Made by a program: the position numbers and the translations under genes. Shown piece by piece: positions 1 to 9,178 of a stretch of 64,000 bases of DNA. The DNA is from an uncultured Novosphingobium sp. Its GTDB lineage: Bacteria; Pseudomonadota; Alphaproteobacteria; Sphingomonadales; Sphingomonadaceae. The stretch's first letter is position 1. Every line of letters starts with the position of its first letter. Below the pieces are notes generated by a model. It was not told the origin of the DNA, ran no database searches, and saw nothing but the letters and a program-made list of their open reading frames with translations. Location: assembly GCA_964520765.1 (NCBI GenBank), contig CAZFPW010000001.1, positions 11,876 to 75,875 of the forward strand. Direction: 5' to 3'.

Positions 1-822
1 CTGCCGGGCATCGCTCCCGATCCGGGAAACCCTGGCCCACAGACTGTCACCGCCCACGGTCTCAATCTGGATGGCCATGACGGTTCGGGAAAATTCCCGG
101 CCTCGACCTGTCCGCACAAGAACTACGTGGGGCTGGCCGGCGAACGCGGTATCGACAACCAGTTCTATTCGGTCGCCGGATGCATGCCGGGCCTGCAGGG
201 CACCAAGGGTCTCTGGCCGCAGGTGCTCAACGAAGAATGGCGGTCGGGGGCAGTTTCGGTGCTCGTGCAGATCAGCGGCATCGACGACGAAAAGAACGAC
301 GACGATGTGAGCGTCACGATCTTCTACAGCGACGACGACCCCGAAAAAGACGCCTCCGGAAAGGAAATCCTGGCGGACTACACCTTCCGCGCAGCCGACA
401 CGCCTGTGCTCGCCCATTACGCTACGAAGCTGCAGGCGCGGATCGTCAATGGCGTGATCGAGACGCTTCCGGCGAAGAATCTGATCCTGAACATGGTCAA
501 AGGACCAGCCATGCGAATGGAGGATGCCCGGTTTCGCCTGAGGGTCGCACCGGACGGCAGCTTGGCCGGAACCCTCGCCGGGTATCAGAGCTGGCGGTAT
601 CTCGCCAACTACTACAATTCGATCGGCTTCGAGATCACCTTCGGCTTCCAGTGCCCGGGATTCTATAACGCCCTGAAGCGCGCCGCGGACGGGATGAAGG
701 ATCCCGAGACCGATGAGTTCAATGGCATCTCCACCGCCTATGACATCCAGGGCGTCCCGGCATTCATTGTCGAAACGCCCCAAAATGTCGCGAACACCGC
801 GTCGACATCGCCAGCCGGTTAG
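1..822 (+). CDS. Hypothetical protein, 5'-truncated by the window edge
   Basis: Frame is open from base 1 (LPGIAPDPG...GLNLDG...CPHKNY...GIDNQFY...) to TAG at 820-822; codon usage typical of the region; no family recognised. Confidence 0.85.
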   Translation: MPGIAPDPGNPGPQTVTAHGLNLDGHDGSGKFPASTCPHKNYVGLAGERGIDNQFYSVAGCMPGLQGTKGLWPQVLNEEWRSGAVSVLVQISGIDDEKNDDDVSVTIFYSDDDPEKDASGKEILADYTFRAADTPVLAHYATKLQARIVNGVIETLPAKNLILNMVKGPAMRMEDARFRLRVAPDGSLAGTLAGYQSWRYLANYYNSIGFEITFGFQCPGFYNALKRAADGMKDPETDEFNGISTAYDIQGVPAFIVETPQNVANTASTSPAG

Positions 823-1862
823 CGCTCCAGCGCCCCCTTCAGCGCTTCGATCAGCCGGGCGAGAAATTTCTGCGTGACCGGCGCATTGGGGGCGAAGATG
901 TCGAACCCGTGGAAGGCACCGGGCACGACGTTCAGTTCCACCGGGATGCCGGCCGCGATCAGGCGCTCGGCAAAGGCGATGCCCTCGTCGACGAAGATGT
1001 CGATCGATCCCACCGCGACATAGGCAGGCGGTAGGCCCTTCACGCTCTCGACCCGAGCAGGGACCCCGCCTTTCGGCTCGTCGGGCGACCCGGGAGGTGT
1101 CCCGAGCAGGGCCAGCCAGCCTTGCTGATTGTTCTGCGGCGACCAAGTTGCCGCTTCAAGATAAGGCGGAGAAGTCCAGCCCGGTGCGCCGGTACGGTTG
1201 TCGAGCATCGGATAGACCAGCGCCTGAAAGGCGACTGGCACCTCGCCGCGGTCGCGCGCAGCGATCGCCAGCATGGCGGCATGGCCGCCCCCGGCGCTCT
1301 CACCCATGACCGCGATCCGCGAGACATCCACGCCCAGTTCGGCCGCATTGCGATAGAGCCACAGCAGCGCCGCGTAATTGTCCTCCAACGAGCCGGGGAA
1401 GCGGGTCGCCGGGGCAAGGCGATAGTCGACGGTGACGATGACGCAGTCGATCGCCTTGGCGATCGGGCCGAGCGAACCCATCGAGATCATCGGGCTGCCA
1501 CCCGTATAGCCGCCGCCGTGAATGTGCAGGATCGCCGGACGGGAAGTGCCGGGCCGCGCACCGTGCACGAAGATCTTCACCGCAGGCGCGCCGCCACGGC
1601 CGGGGATCGATCGTTCGACCCAGTCCGTGGTCATGCCCATCGGCGCCAGACCCGACGGCGCGGCCTTGGCGCCGGGACGCCCCGCCTGCTGGGACCAGGT
1701 GCGGACCTGCAACCACTGCGCGCGAAGGTCGGGGTGGATGTAACGGAGGACCGCCTCGTCCGGCTCGGCGGCCAGCGCCCGTCCGAACGGAACGATTGCC
1801 GACGCCAGCGCGGCGGCGCCCAGTTTGCTGAATTGACGGCGATCGAGAATTTCCAACTCCAC
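819..1862 (-). CDS. HSL-family alpha/beta hydrolase (esterase) with Tat signal
   Basis: HGGG oxyanion motif, GESAGG nucleophile, GAFHGF; N-terminal DRRQF followed by a hydrophobic stretch. Confidence 0.92.
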   Translation of the reverse strand: MELEILDRRQFSKLGAAALASAIVPFGRALAAEPDEAVLRYIHPDLRAQWLQVRTWSQQAGRPGAKAAPSGLAPMGMTTDWVERSIPGRGGAPAVKIFVHGARPGTSRPAILHIHGGGYTGGSPMISMGSLGPIAKAIDCVIVTVDYRLAPATRFPGSLEDNYAALLWLYRNAAELGVDVSRIAVMGESAGGGHAAMLAIAARDRGEVPVAFQALVYPMLDNRTGAPGWTSPPYLEAATWSPQNNQQGWLALLGTPPGSPDEPKGGVPARVESVKGLPPAYVAVGSIDIFVDEGIAFAERLIAAGIPVELNVVPGAFHGFDIFAPNAPVTQKFLARLIEALKGALER

Positions 1863-1949
1863 TGTTCAGACGCTGTGGCCAATCATGGTATCCATATTCA
1901 GAGATAATTCCGGGCGTAAGCTACAATTTTCCGATTTTCAAAGCCATCA

Positions 1950-1959
1950 ATGTATACCA
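1950..1959. promoter_or_regulatory. Putative GntR/FadR-type operator (ATGTATACCA)
   Basis: 9/10 match to ATGTATACAA at 15293 and 18630; lies in a divergent promoter region. Confidence 0.4.
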
Positions 1960-2037
1960 TGTTTAACGCGAACACTGGCGGCACCGACGCTTCAGCCCAC
2001 GGGGGTTTATCCGTCGACGCATCTAATGGAGAGTGAC

Positions 2038-2325
2038 GTGGTTTTGGAACGTGCCGAAATCATCATCAAGGACGGGATGATGGAACCATTCCTCACGATG
2101 TTCCGCGAGAAGGCCTTGCCCCTCACCGATCAGTATACCGGCTGCCTGTCGTTCAAGGCGCTTCGGGGAGTGGAAGAACCGAACTCGGTCATGTTCCTGG
2201 CAGAGTGGGAGTCGGTGGAAGTCCACATCGCCTCTCGCGCCGAGCCGGCCCACGTCGCATTTCGCGAATTGGTCCTGCCCTATGCCGCCGGAGCCAAGGA
2301 AACGGTCCACTTCGCGCTCATCTGA
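2038..2325 (+). CDS. Antibiotic biosynthesis monooxygenase (ABM) domain protein
   Basis: About 95 aa, GCLSF...FLAEWESVEVH; GGAG RBS before GTG; paralog at 58079. Confidence 0.85.
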   Translation: MVLERAEIIIKDGMMEPFLTMFREKALPLTDQYTGCLSFKALRGVEEPNSVMFLAEWESVEVHIASRAEPAHVAFRELVLPYAAGAKETVHFALI

Positions 2326-2363
2326 ACAGGAATGCAAACGGGATTGCTCACGCCATAATCATC

Positions 2364-2379
2364 TACTAACTAGTTAGTA
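2364..2379. promoter_or_regulatory. Perfect 16-bp palindrome TACTAACTAGTTAGTA, probable TetR operator
   Basis: AT-rich perfect inverted repeat about 50 bp upstream of an operon that ends in a TetR gene. Confidence 0.65.
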
Positions 2380-2430
2380 TAACTTTGCGGAGCATCACTC
2401 CGCCTCGATCACCCCATCACGGAGGATGAA

Positions 2431-4296
2431 ATGCTCGGTAAGCAGAGTTTCCGCTTCTCGCTCCTCGCCGCGGGCAGCGCCGCCATCGCGTTTTCGGCTA
2501 TCGCATTCGCGCCCAATGGACCTGCCAAGGCCGAAGCCCGCTCGCGCGGTGGGTCAAACCTGTCGGGCCTGTGCAATGCCCAGGCGATGCAGGCGGTTGC
2601 CGACCGGCTGTCCACCAAGGTGATCGTCGGCAAGATTGCCAACCTGACCGGCCCCGCCTTCGCCGACGGCACGCAGTACGTAGCCGCCAGTGGAGACCTT
2701 CCCGCGTTCTGTCAGGTGACGGGCAGCTACGTGACCAATGCCGCGACGGGCAAGACGGCGAACTTCCTCGCCACCTTCCCGGAAACCTGGAACGGCAAGT
2801 ACCTGCAGCTCGGTTGCGCCGGTCACTGTGGTACCTTCGCCGTCAGCAATCCCGCGACCGTGACGATCACCATCACCAACCAGGGCACCCCCGGACAGAT
2901 CATCCGCAAGGGGTATGCGGCTTTCGCCACGGACCAGGGTCACACCGAGATGACCGGCGGCAGCTGGGCGATCAAGGGGCCGGGCCAAGTCAGCGAGGAT
3001 GCGATCACCGACTATCTCTATCGCGCCTCGCAGGTGCTGTCTCAGATGGGCAAGGAATTCACCCAGGCGTTCTATGCCCAGGAAACGGGCGTGGCCCGGC
3101 CGATCGCCCGCTCCTATTTCAGCGGTTGCTCGGGCGGCGGGCGTGATGCGATGGTCGCGGCGTCCTATTTCCCCGAGGAGTTTGACGGGATCGTCGCGGG
3201 CTCGCCTTATAACCTGATGGGCCGTGCGTTCCATGCCGTCGGCACCTCGATCGCCACGCTGCGCTCGCCCGATGCCGGGCTATCGCCTGCCCTGCTCAAG
3301 CTGTTCGATGAAAAGGTGGTCACCCAATGCGACGGCCTAGATGGCGTCAAGGACGGGCTGATCCAGAACCCTATGGCATGCAATTTCCGGCCCGAACGCG
3401 ACCTGCCTAAATGCGAAGGTGACCAGCCCGGCGGGCAATGCTTCACCAAGGCGCAGATCGAGACCATGAGCACCGTCCTGACCGCAGTGACCGACGAGCA
3501 CGGCAACCTCGTTCAACCGGGCTACTCCGTCAGCGACATGCTGGATGCCTTCGCACCGCCCCCGCCCCAGGATAGCGCCGCCGCCGACCCCTGGCCCGAT
3601 ACGCTCGGCGGCACCGGGGGGATGTGGGCGCTCGGCAATGCGGCGATCAAGGTCTTCTCGCATCAGAACGATCCCGCATTCCAGACCCGCTCGATCCTCA
3701 CCTATCGCTCCGGCGGCCCGGGACGGATCACCGATTTCCGCACGGTCGTTCCAAAGGTCGAGGTCGATCGCGCGATGGCGGTCGGACGCCGGGGCATCGG
3801 CCATTTCCCCGAGAACGCCGACAAGCTGATCCGCCAGAACCGCAAGCTGCTGATCTGGCACAACCTCAGCGACGAGAAGCTGACGCCGTACATGTCGGTG
3901 AACTACTACAAGCAGCTCGCAGCCCGGCATGGCGGCTACGGCAAGCTCCAGCGTAACGTGCGCCTGTTCGGCCTGCCCGGCACAGCGCATTGCAGCGGCG
4001 GCGGTTTCCCGGTGGGGCCGGGCAGCTTCGATGCTCTCTCCGCGATCGAGAACTGGGTCGAAAAGGACCAGGCGCCCGATGCTCTGATCGCCAGCCTCTA
4101 CCAGCCAACGTCCTACGGCGGGGTCGACTTCAGCAAGCCGCTCGGCCGGACGATGCCGCTGTGCAAGTTCCCCGAGATGGCGCGGTACGTCGGCAGCGGC
4201 GACGTCAAGGATGCGAAGAACTGGCGGTGTTCGCCGGGGGACAAGCGCATGCTGGTGATGGGCGAAAGCGGTCGCCGGGCAGGAGTGATCGAATGA
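2431..4296 (+). CDS. Tannase/feruloyl esterase family hydrolase (copy 1), secreted
   Basis: TDQGH, GCSGGG, FDGIVAGSP, CDGLDGVKDGLI, AHCSGG, ENWVEK; signal peptide. Confidence 0.93.
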   Translation: MLGKQSFRFSLLAAGSAAIAFSAIAFAPNGPAKAEARSRGGSNLSGLCNAQAMQAVADRLSTKVIVGKIANLTGPAFADGTQYVAASGDLPAFCQVTGSYVTNAATGKTANFLATFPETWNGKYLQLGCAGHCGTFAVSNPATVTITITNQGTPGQIIRKGYAAFATDQGHTEMTGGSWAIKGPGQVSEDAITDYLYRASQVLSQMGKEFTQAFYAQETGVARPIARSYFSGCSGGGRDAMVAASYFPEEFDGIVAGSPYNLMGRAFHAVGTSIATLRSPDAGLSPALLKLFDEKVVTQCDGLDGVKDGLIQNPMACNFRPERDLPKCEGDQPGGQCFTKAQIETMSTVLTAVTDEHGNLVQPGYSVSDMLDAFAPPPPQDSAAADPWPDTLGGTGGMWALGNAAIKVFSHQNDPAFQTRSILTYRSGGPGRITDFRTVVPKVEVDRAMAVGRRGIGHFPENADKLIRQNRKLLIWHNLSDEKLTPYMSVNYYKQLAARHGGYGKLQRNVRLFGLPGTAHCSGGGFPVGPGSFDALSAIENWVEKDQAPDALIASLYQPTSYGGVDFSKPLGRTMPLCKFPEMARYVGSGDVKDAKNWRCSPGDKRMLVMGESGRRAGVIE

Positions 4297-5723
4297 CGAA
4301 GCTGAGCAAGACGCTTGCCTTGGGGGCAGCGTTCATCGGTCTGACGGTTCAGCCGGCACTGTCAGCCCCGAGCGACGCCGACAACCCGGAACGGGGTCTT
4401 CAGGGCCAAACCATGCCTGGAGAAGAGGGGGTCGTGCTGACCCGTCCCTATTCGAAGGGCGTTCGCGTCGTCGGACATGAGCCGATCGGCAATCGGGACT
4501 CCAACCTCCAGCTCGCCTGGATCGACCACTGCGCCTACGTTTCGAGCAGTTCGCCCAACATGCTGATCTGGGGCGCGAAAGCGCCGCCGGCTTCGTTCGG
4601 CGTCGCGGTGGTCGACGTCCGCGATCCGCGCGCGCCGAAGCAGGTCGGGCTCCTGCGCGATCGCGGATCGCTCTATGCCAGCGAAACGATGCACGCCATT
4701 TCGGCGTCCGGGCGCAAGCTTCTGGCCGCCGGCTCCTATGGCGCGAAAGACGAAGAGGCCTTCACCGACCTCTACGACGCGTCCGACTGCACCCGTCCCA
4801 AACTCGTCTCCACGATCAAGTGGCCGAAGAGCGTGCACACGCTGACGCTCTCGCCCGACGGCAAACTCCTCTACGCAACGGTCATCTCGCCCTTCACCGG
4901 CAACGGCGGCATCCAGGTCGCCGACATCTCCGATCCGGCCAAGCCGCGACTCCTGGGACAATTCGAGGCCACGCGGCCAAACGGAACCAGCTTCGAATTC
5001 GCGCCGCACGAATTGTCGGTCAGTGCCGACGGACGCCGGCTGTACGTGGGCGTCATCTCCTCATTCGGCGAGGATCTGAACCAGGGGGTCAAGCTTTCCC
5101 CGCCCAACCGCAAACTGCTGGGATCCGGCGGGGGCATCTACATCTTCGACAGCAGCGATTTCGCGGCCGGCCGGGACGAGCCCAAGCTGCGGCTGATCAG
5201 CACCATCGCCAAGGGCGGCTGGCATTCGGTCATGCGCGCCAACATCGGCGGAATCCCGCATCTTGTCGGCGCGAACGAGCTGACCGCCTGCCCCGGAACC
5301 TGGCCGGTGATCAGCAACATCACCGACGAGCGCAAGCCGTTCATCGCAGGCGAGTTCCGCCTCGCCATGAACCGCGCCGAGAACTGCCCGCCGCCCAGCG
5401 AGATGGAAAAGGCCAGCGGCCGCCTGGTTCCTGCTCCCGGCACGGCGACGCTCCACTTCAACGATGTCGACAGCGCCACCGACACGCGAATGGGCCTGTT
5501 CAACTTTCTCTGGGCCGGGCTGCGGATCGTCGACATCCGCCGGCCGAGCGCACCAAAGGAAGTCGCGTATTTCAAGCCGGGCGACGGCTGCGGCGGACAC
5601 GTTCGCTACGTTCCCGAAACCGGGCATATCTGGCTGGCGTGCCAGACGAGCGGCTTTTATGTGCTCGAACTGAAACCCACCGTCCGAGCGGCGCTGGGGT
5701 TCGGCGGGAAGCGTTCGAGGTGA
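4293..5723 (+). CDS. LVIVD-repeat-like beta-propeller protein (copy 1), secreted, function unknown
   Basis: ATGA overlap with the tannase gene; repeats GVAVVDVRDP, GIQVADISDP, GLRIVDIRRP; signal peptide. Confidence 0.8.
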   Translation: MTKLSKTLALGAAFIGLTVQPALSAPSDADNPERGLQGQTMPGEEGVVLTRPYSKGVRVVGHEPIGNRDSNLQLAWIDHCAYVSSSSPNMLIWGAKAPPASFGVAVVDVRDPRAPKQVGLLRDRGSLYASETMHAISASGRKLLAAGSYGAKDEEAFTDLYDASDCTRPKLVSTIKWPKSVHTLTLSPDGKLLYATVISPFTGNGGIQVADISDPAKPRLLGQFEATRPNGTSFEFAPHELSVSADGRRLYVGVISSFGEDLNQGVKLSPPNRKLLGSGGGIYIFDSSDFAAGRDEPKLRLISTIAKGGWHSVMRANIGGIPHLVGANELTACPGTWPVISNITDERKPFIAGEFRLAMNRAENCPPPSEMEKASGRLVPAPGTATLHFNDVDSATDTRMGLFNFLWAGLRIVDIRRPSAPKEVAYFKPGDGCGGHVRYVPETGHIWLACQTSGFYVLELKPTVRAALGFGGKRSR

Positions 5724-5730
5724 AGAGGCG

Positions 5731-6351
5731 ATGGGGCTTGGCATGAAGAAGAGCGCGGCCGGCAAGCCCCAGACCCGCCGCGCCCAAATCCTCGACCAGG
5801 CGTTGCGGATGTTCGGCGACCATGGGTTCAACGGGCTGACGGTCCATGCCCTCGCCGCCCGCTGCGAGATCTCGAACGCGGGGCTGCTCTATTATTTCGG
5901 GTCGAAGGACGACCTGCTCCTGGCCGTCATGGGCGAATTCGAGGCGCGCGAGCGGGAAATCGTCACCCCGCTGGTCGAAGCCGTCGAAGCCTGTGACGAG
6001 CCCGAACAGGCGTGGCAGGCCTTGCTCGAATTGCTCGACGGAATGGTGGCGCGGTTCGAGAGCCAGCCGCACCTCGCCAACTTCATCTTCGTACTCCAGT
6101 CCGAAGCGCTCGACCGCACGCACATCGCGCATGACTGGTTCCACCAACGCGACACGATGACCCTGGAGCTGTTCGAACGGCTGCTTGGCGGATTTTCCGC
6201 CGATCCGCGCTCCACCGCGCATCAGCTCGTGGCCTTGATGCAAGGCCTCGCACAGCATTGGCTGCGGCAGAGAATGACGTTCGCCCTGACCGGCGAGTGG
6301 CGCAAGGGCGCCAGGCTGATCCTGGCCGATTGCCGGCCAGCCTCGCGCTAG
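5731..6351 (+). CDS. TetR/AcrR family transcriptional regulator
   Basis: RRAQILDQALRMFGDHGF...GLLYYFGSKDDLL HTH; start may be 5743. Confidence 0.92.
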   Translation: MGLGMKKSAAGKPQTRRAQILDQALRMFGDHGFNGLTVHALAARCEISNAGLLYYFGSKDDLLLAVMGEFEAREREIVTPLVEAVEACDEPEQAWQALLELLDGMVARFESQPHLANFIFVLQSEALDRTHIAHDWFHQRDTMTLELFERLLGGFSADPRSTAHQLVALMQGLAQHWLRQRMTFALTGEWRKGARLILADCRPASR

Positions 6352-6358
6352 TGTGCCT

Positions 6359-7519
6359 TTAACGAGGCATCACGCCCATCCGCAAAACCATCGTGTGCCG
6401 ATATGGCTTGCCCGGATCGACGCGCGCCGATCCGAATTGCGGCTGGTTGGGCGTATCGGGAAACTTCTGCGGCTCCAGCACGAACCCATCCCCCATCCGG
6501 TAGATGCACGCCCCCTTCCCCTTGGCCGCGCCGTCGATGAAATTGCCCGTGTACATCTGCAGGCCCGGCTCGGTGGACAGCACCTCGAGCGTTCGGCCCG
6601 ATGCGGGATGCTCGACCAGCGCCACACGCTCGGGCCGCTGCGTCTGCCCCTTGTCGAGCGCCCAGTTGTGATCGTAGCCGCGACCGATGCCGATCTGCTC
6701 GTCGCCGCCGTCGCGCAGGCCGTCAGCGAGCACCCTCCCGGTCCGAAAGTCGAACACCGAGCCCTCGACCGGGCGAAGCTCTCCGGTAGGGATGAGGGTC
6801 TCGTCGACCGGGGTGTAGCGGCCGGCCGGAATGGTCAGCCGCTGGCCCATCGCGCCTTCGGGCGCGCAATGACCGGCAAGGTTGAACAGCGCATGGTTGG
6901 TCATGTTGAGGATCGTCGGCCTGGTCGTCGTCGCCACGAACGCGATCGTCAGGTCGCCGCGGTCGTCGAGCGTATAGGTCACGGTGGCCGACACCGCGCC
7001 CGGATAACCGGAATCGCCATCGGGACTGAAGTGCGTCAATACGACCGAGGCCTGCGGGCCACTGGTGACGGACTTCACCTTCCAGACCACGCGATCGAAG
7101 CCGGCCCCGCCCCCATGCAGCGAATTGACGCCGTTGTTGATCGGCAGCTGGTAGGTCGCGCCGTCGAGCGTGAACCGCCCCTTGGCGATCCGGTTGGCGT
7201 AACGCCCGACGGTGACCCCGAAGAAATCCTGCTTCGCCTCGTACTCCGCCGCGGTGTCGTGCCCAAGGACGATGTCCGCCGGACGCCCCTCACGGTCAGG
7301 TGCGATCAGGGCTTGAAGCGTTGCGCCGTAAGGCAGGATCGTGGCGGAAACGCCCGCGGCATTGCGCAGCGTGATCACCTCGGCCGGGCTACCGTCCCTC
7401 AACGCACCCTGAACCGATCGTTCGGCAGTCGCCGCTCTGGCTGGCGGCGTGCTGGCGAGGGCGACTGCCGTCAACACGGCCCCAGATATCACGCCAGACG
7501 CCGGCCTTTGTCGGAACAT
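6359..7519 (-). CDS. galM: Aldose 1-epimerase (mutarotase) with signal peptide
   Basis: GRYANRI, NSLHGG, NMTNH, GYDHNW, LEPQKFPD; AGGAGAG RBS before ATG at 7519. Confidence 0.93.
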   Translation of the reverse strand: MFRQRPASGVISGAVLTAVALASTPPARAATAERSVQGALRDGSPAEVITLRNAAGVSATILPYGATLQALIAPDREGRPADIVLGHDTAAEYEAKQDFFGVTVGRYANRIAKGRFTLDGATYQLPINNGVNSLHGGGAGFDRVVWKVKSVTSGPQASVVLTHFSPDGDSGYPGAVSATVTYTLDDRGDLTIAFVATTTRPTILNMTNHALFNLAGHCAPEGAMGQRLTIPAGRYTPVDETLIPTGELRPVEGSVFDFRTGRVLADGLRDGGDEQIGIGRGYDHNWALDKGQTQRPERVALVEHPASGRTLEVLSTEPGLQMYTGNFIDGAAKGKGACIYRMGDGFVLEPQKFPDTPNQPQFGSARVDPGKPYRHTMVLRMGVMPR

Positions 7520-7569
7520 CGCCCTCTCCTTAATCATACCCCGCGCAAGCATTCCGAAGCGGGTCAATC

Positions 7570-9174
7570 CTATTGATTGACCCGAACGACCGTCACCGAC
7601 TTGGGCGGCAACCGGAGGAGCAGCTTTCCACCATTGGCCCGGAACTGAACCGGCCGCGGCGAAACGGCGGCGGGATCGGCGAAGGTATTGACTGCGTCCA
7701 CCTTGGTTGCGGTAAGAACCTCTCCGACAGCCGACTTGGCCGACAGCCCCGCTAAGTCGGCGGATATCTCGACGGCCCGGTTCGCATCGGTATTCGTCAG
7801 GGCGAGCCAGACGCCCCCATCGGTCGCCTGGGCCGCGATCCCGTCGACCTGCGGCAAGGTGACGGCGCCCACGGTATAGGCGCTACGCGTCAGCGTGAGC
7901 GGCAACAGCTTCGCCCCCTGGAAAGGCACGTACAATTTATAGACGTGGTAGGTCGGCGTCAGCACCATCTTTTCCTGCTTGGTCAGGATAAGCGAGTGAA
8001 TGACATTCACCATCTGCGCGATGTTCGCCATGCGAACCCGATCCGCGTGGCGCGCGAAGATGTTCAGGTTAAGCGCCGCCAGGATGGCGTCCCGCAGCGA
8101 GCCCTGCTGGCGCATGAACATGAAGTTCGTGCCTTGCTCGGGCGCGGTCCAGAGACCCCATTCGTCGACCATGAGGCCGACCTTCTTCTCGGGATCGTAC
8201 TTGTCCATGATCGCGGAATGGAGGCCTATCAGTTCGTCCATCCGCAGGGTGTTCTTGAGCGACGTGGCATATTCGAGCTCGTCGAAATCGGCCGAGGGAG
8301 ATGATAGGACACCTTTGCTGCCGCCCGTGTAGAAATGCAGCGACAGGCCGTTCAGGTCCCACCCGTAGCCCGGCTTTTGCGACCAGGCTTTCATCACTGC
8401 TTCGGTGTACTCTGGCTCGTCGGAATCCGGCCCTACCGCGATCAGTTGCATCGCGTCCTTCGACTTCACGAATTTGACCGGGCCATTCTGGGCAGGGTTC
8501 ATGTTGCGCGCGAAAGTCGCGAACCGCTTGTATTCCTCCACATAGTGATCGGCGGTCATCCCGCCGCCACATCCCCAGCTCTCGTTGCCGATGCCCAAGT
8601 ACTTGACCCGGTACGGCTTGGGGCGCCCGTTGGCCACGCGCTGCTTGCCCAGCGTCGAGGGCAGATCCGTGGTCATGTATTCAAGCCACTGCGCAGCCTC
8701 GGCGGGGGTCCCGGACCCGACGTTCACCGAGATGTAGGCCTCGCTGCCGATCTGATCGACGAGGTCCATAAATTCGTCGGTTCCGAAGGTGTTGGGGTCG
8801 ATCACATTGCCCCAGAGATTCACGGTCGATGCGCGTGCCTCCGCGGGCCCGATGCCGTTCCGCCAGTTGTACTCGTCGGCAAAGCAGCCGCCGGGCCAAC
8901 GCACCACCGGAACGCGGATCGCGCGGAGCGCCGCCACGACATCGCTGCGGATGCCCCGCACGTTAGGGATCGGAGAATCCTTTCCGACCCAGACACCCCC
9001 GTAAATCCCTTCGCCGAGATGTTCGGCGAACTGGCCGAAGATTTCGCGGCTGATCACTGGTCCTGGCTGATCGGCCGCGACGGCGACCGAAAGCGGCTCG
9101 GCCACGGCCACTGCCGGCATGAGGGGCAATGCGAGGGCCAACGCCCAACGGATCAACTTGCGGTTCATTGGCAT
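7570..9174 (-). CDS. abfA: Alpha-L-arabinofuranosidase, GH51
   Basis: GQFAEHLG, RWPGGCFAD, GNESWGCGG, VDEWG, MANIAQMVNV; signal peptide. Confidence 0.93.
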   Translation of the reverse strand: MPMNRKLIRWALALALPLMPAVAVAEPLSVAVAADQPGPVISREIFGQFAEHLGEGIYGGVWVGKDSPIPNVRGIRSDVVAALRAIRVPVVRWPGGCFADEYNWRNGIGPAEARASTVNLWGNVIDPNTFGTDEFMDLVDQIGSEAYISVNVGSGTPAEAAQWLEYMTTDLPSTLGKQRVANGRPKPYRVKYLGIGNESWGCGGGMTADHYVEEYKRFATFARNMNPAQNGPVKFVKSKDAMQLIAVGPDSDEPEYTEAVMKAWSQKPGYGWDLNGLSLHFYTGGSKGVLSSPSADFDELEYATSLKNTLRMDELIGLHSAIMDKYDPEKKVGLMVDEWGLWTAPEQGTNFMFMRQQGSLRDAILAALNLNIFARHADRVRMANIAQMVNVIHSLILTKQEKMVLTPTYHVYKLYVPFQGAKLLPLTLTRSAYTVGAVTLPQVDGIAAQATDGGVWLALTNTDANRAVEISADLAGLSAKSAVGEVLTATKVDAVNTFADPAAVSPRPVQFRANGGKLLLRLPPKSVTVVRVNQ

Positions 9175-9178
9175 TTCC

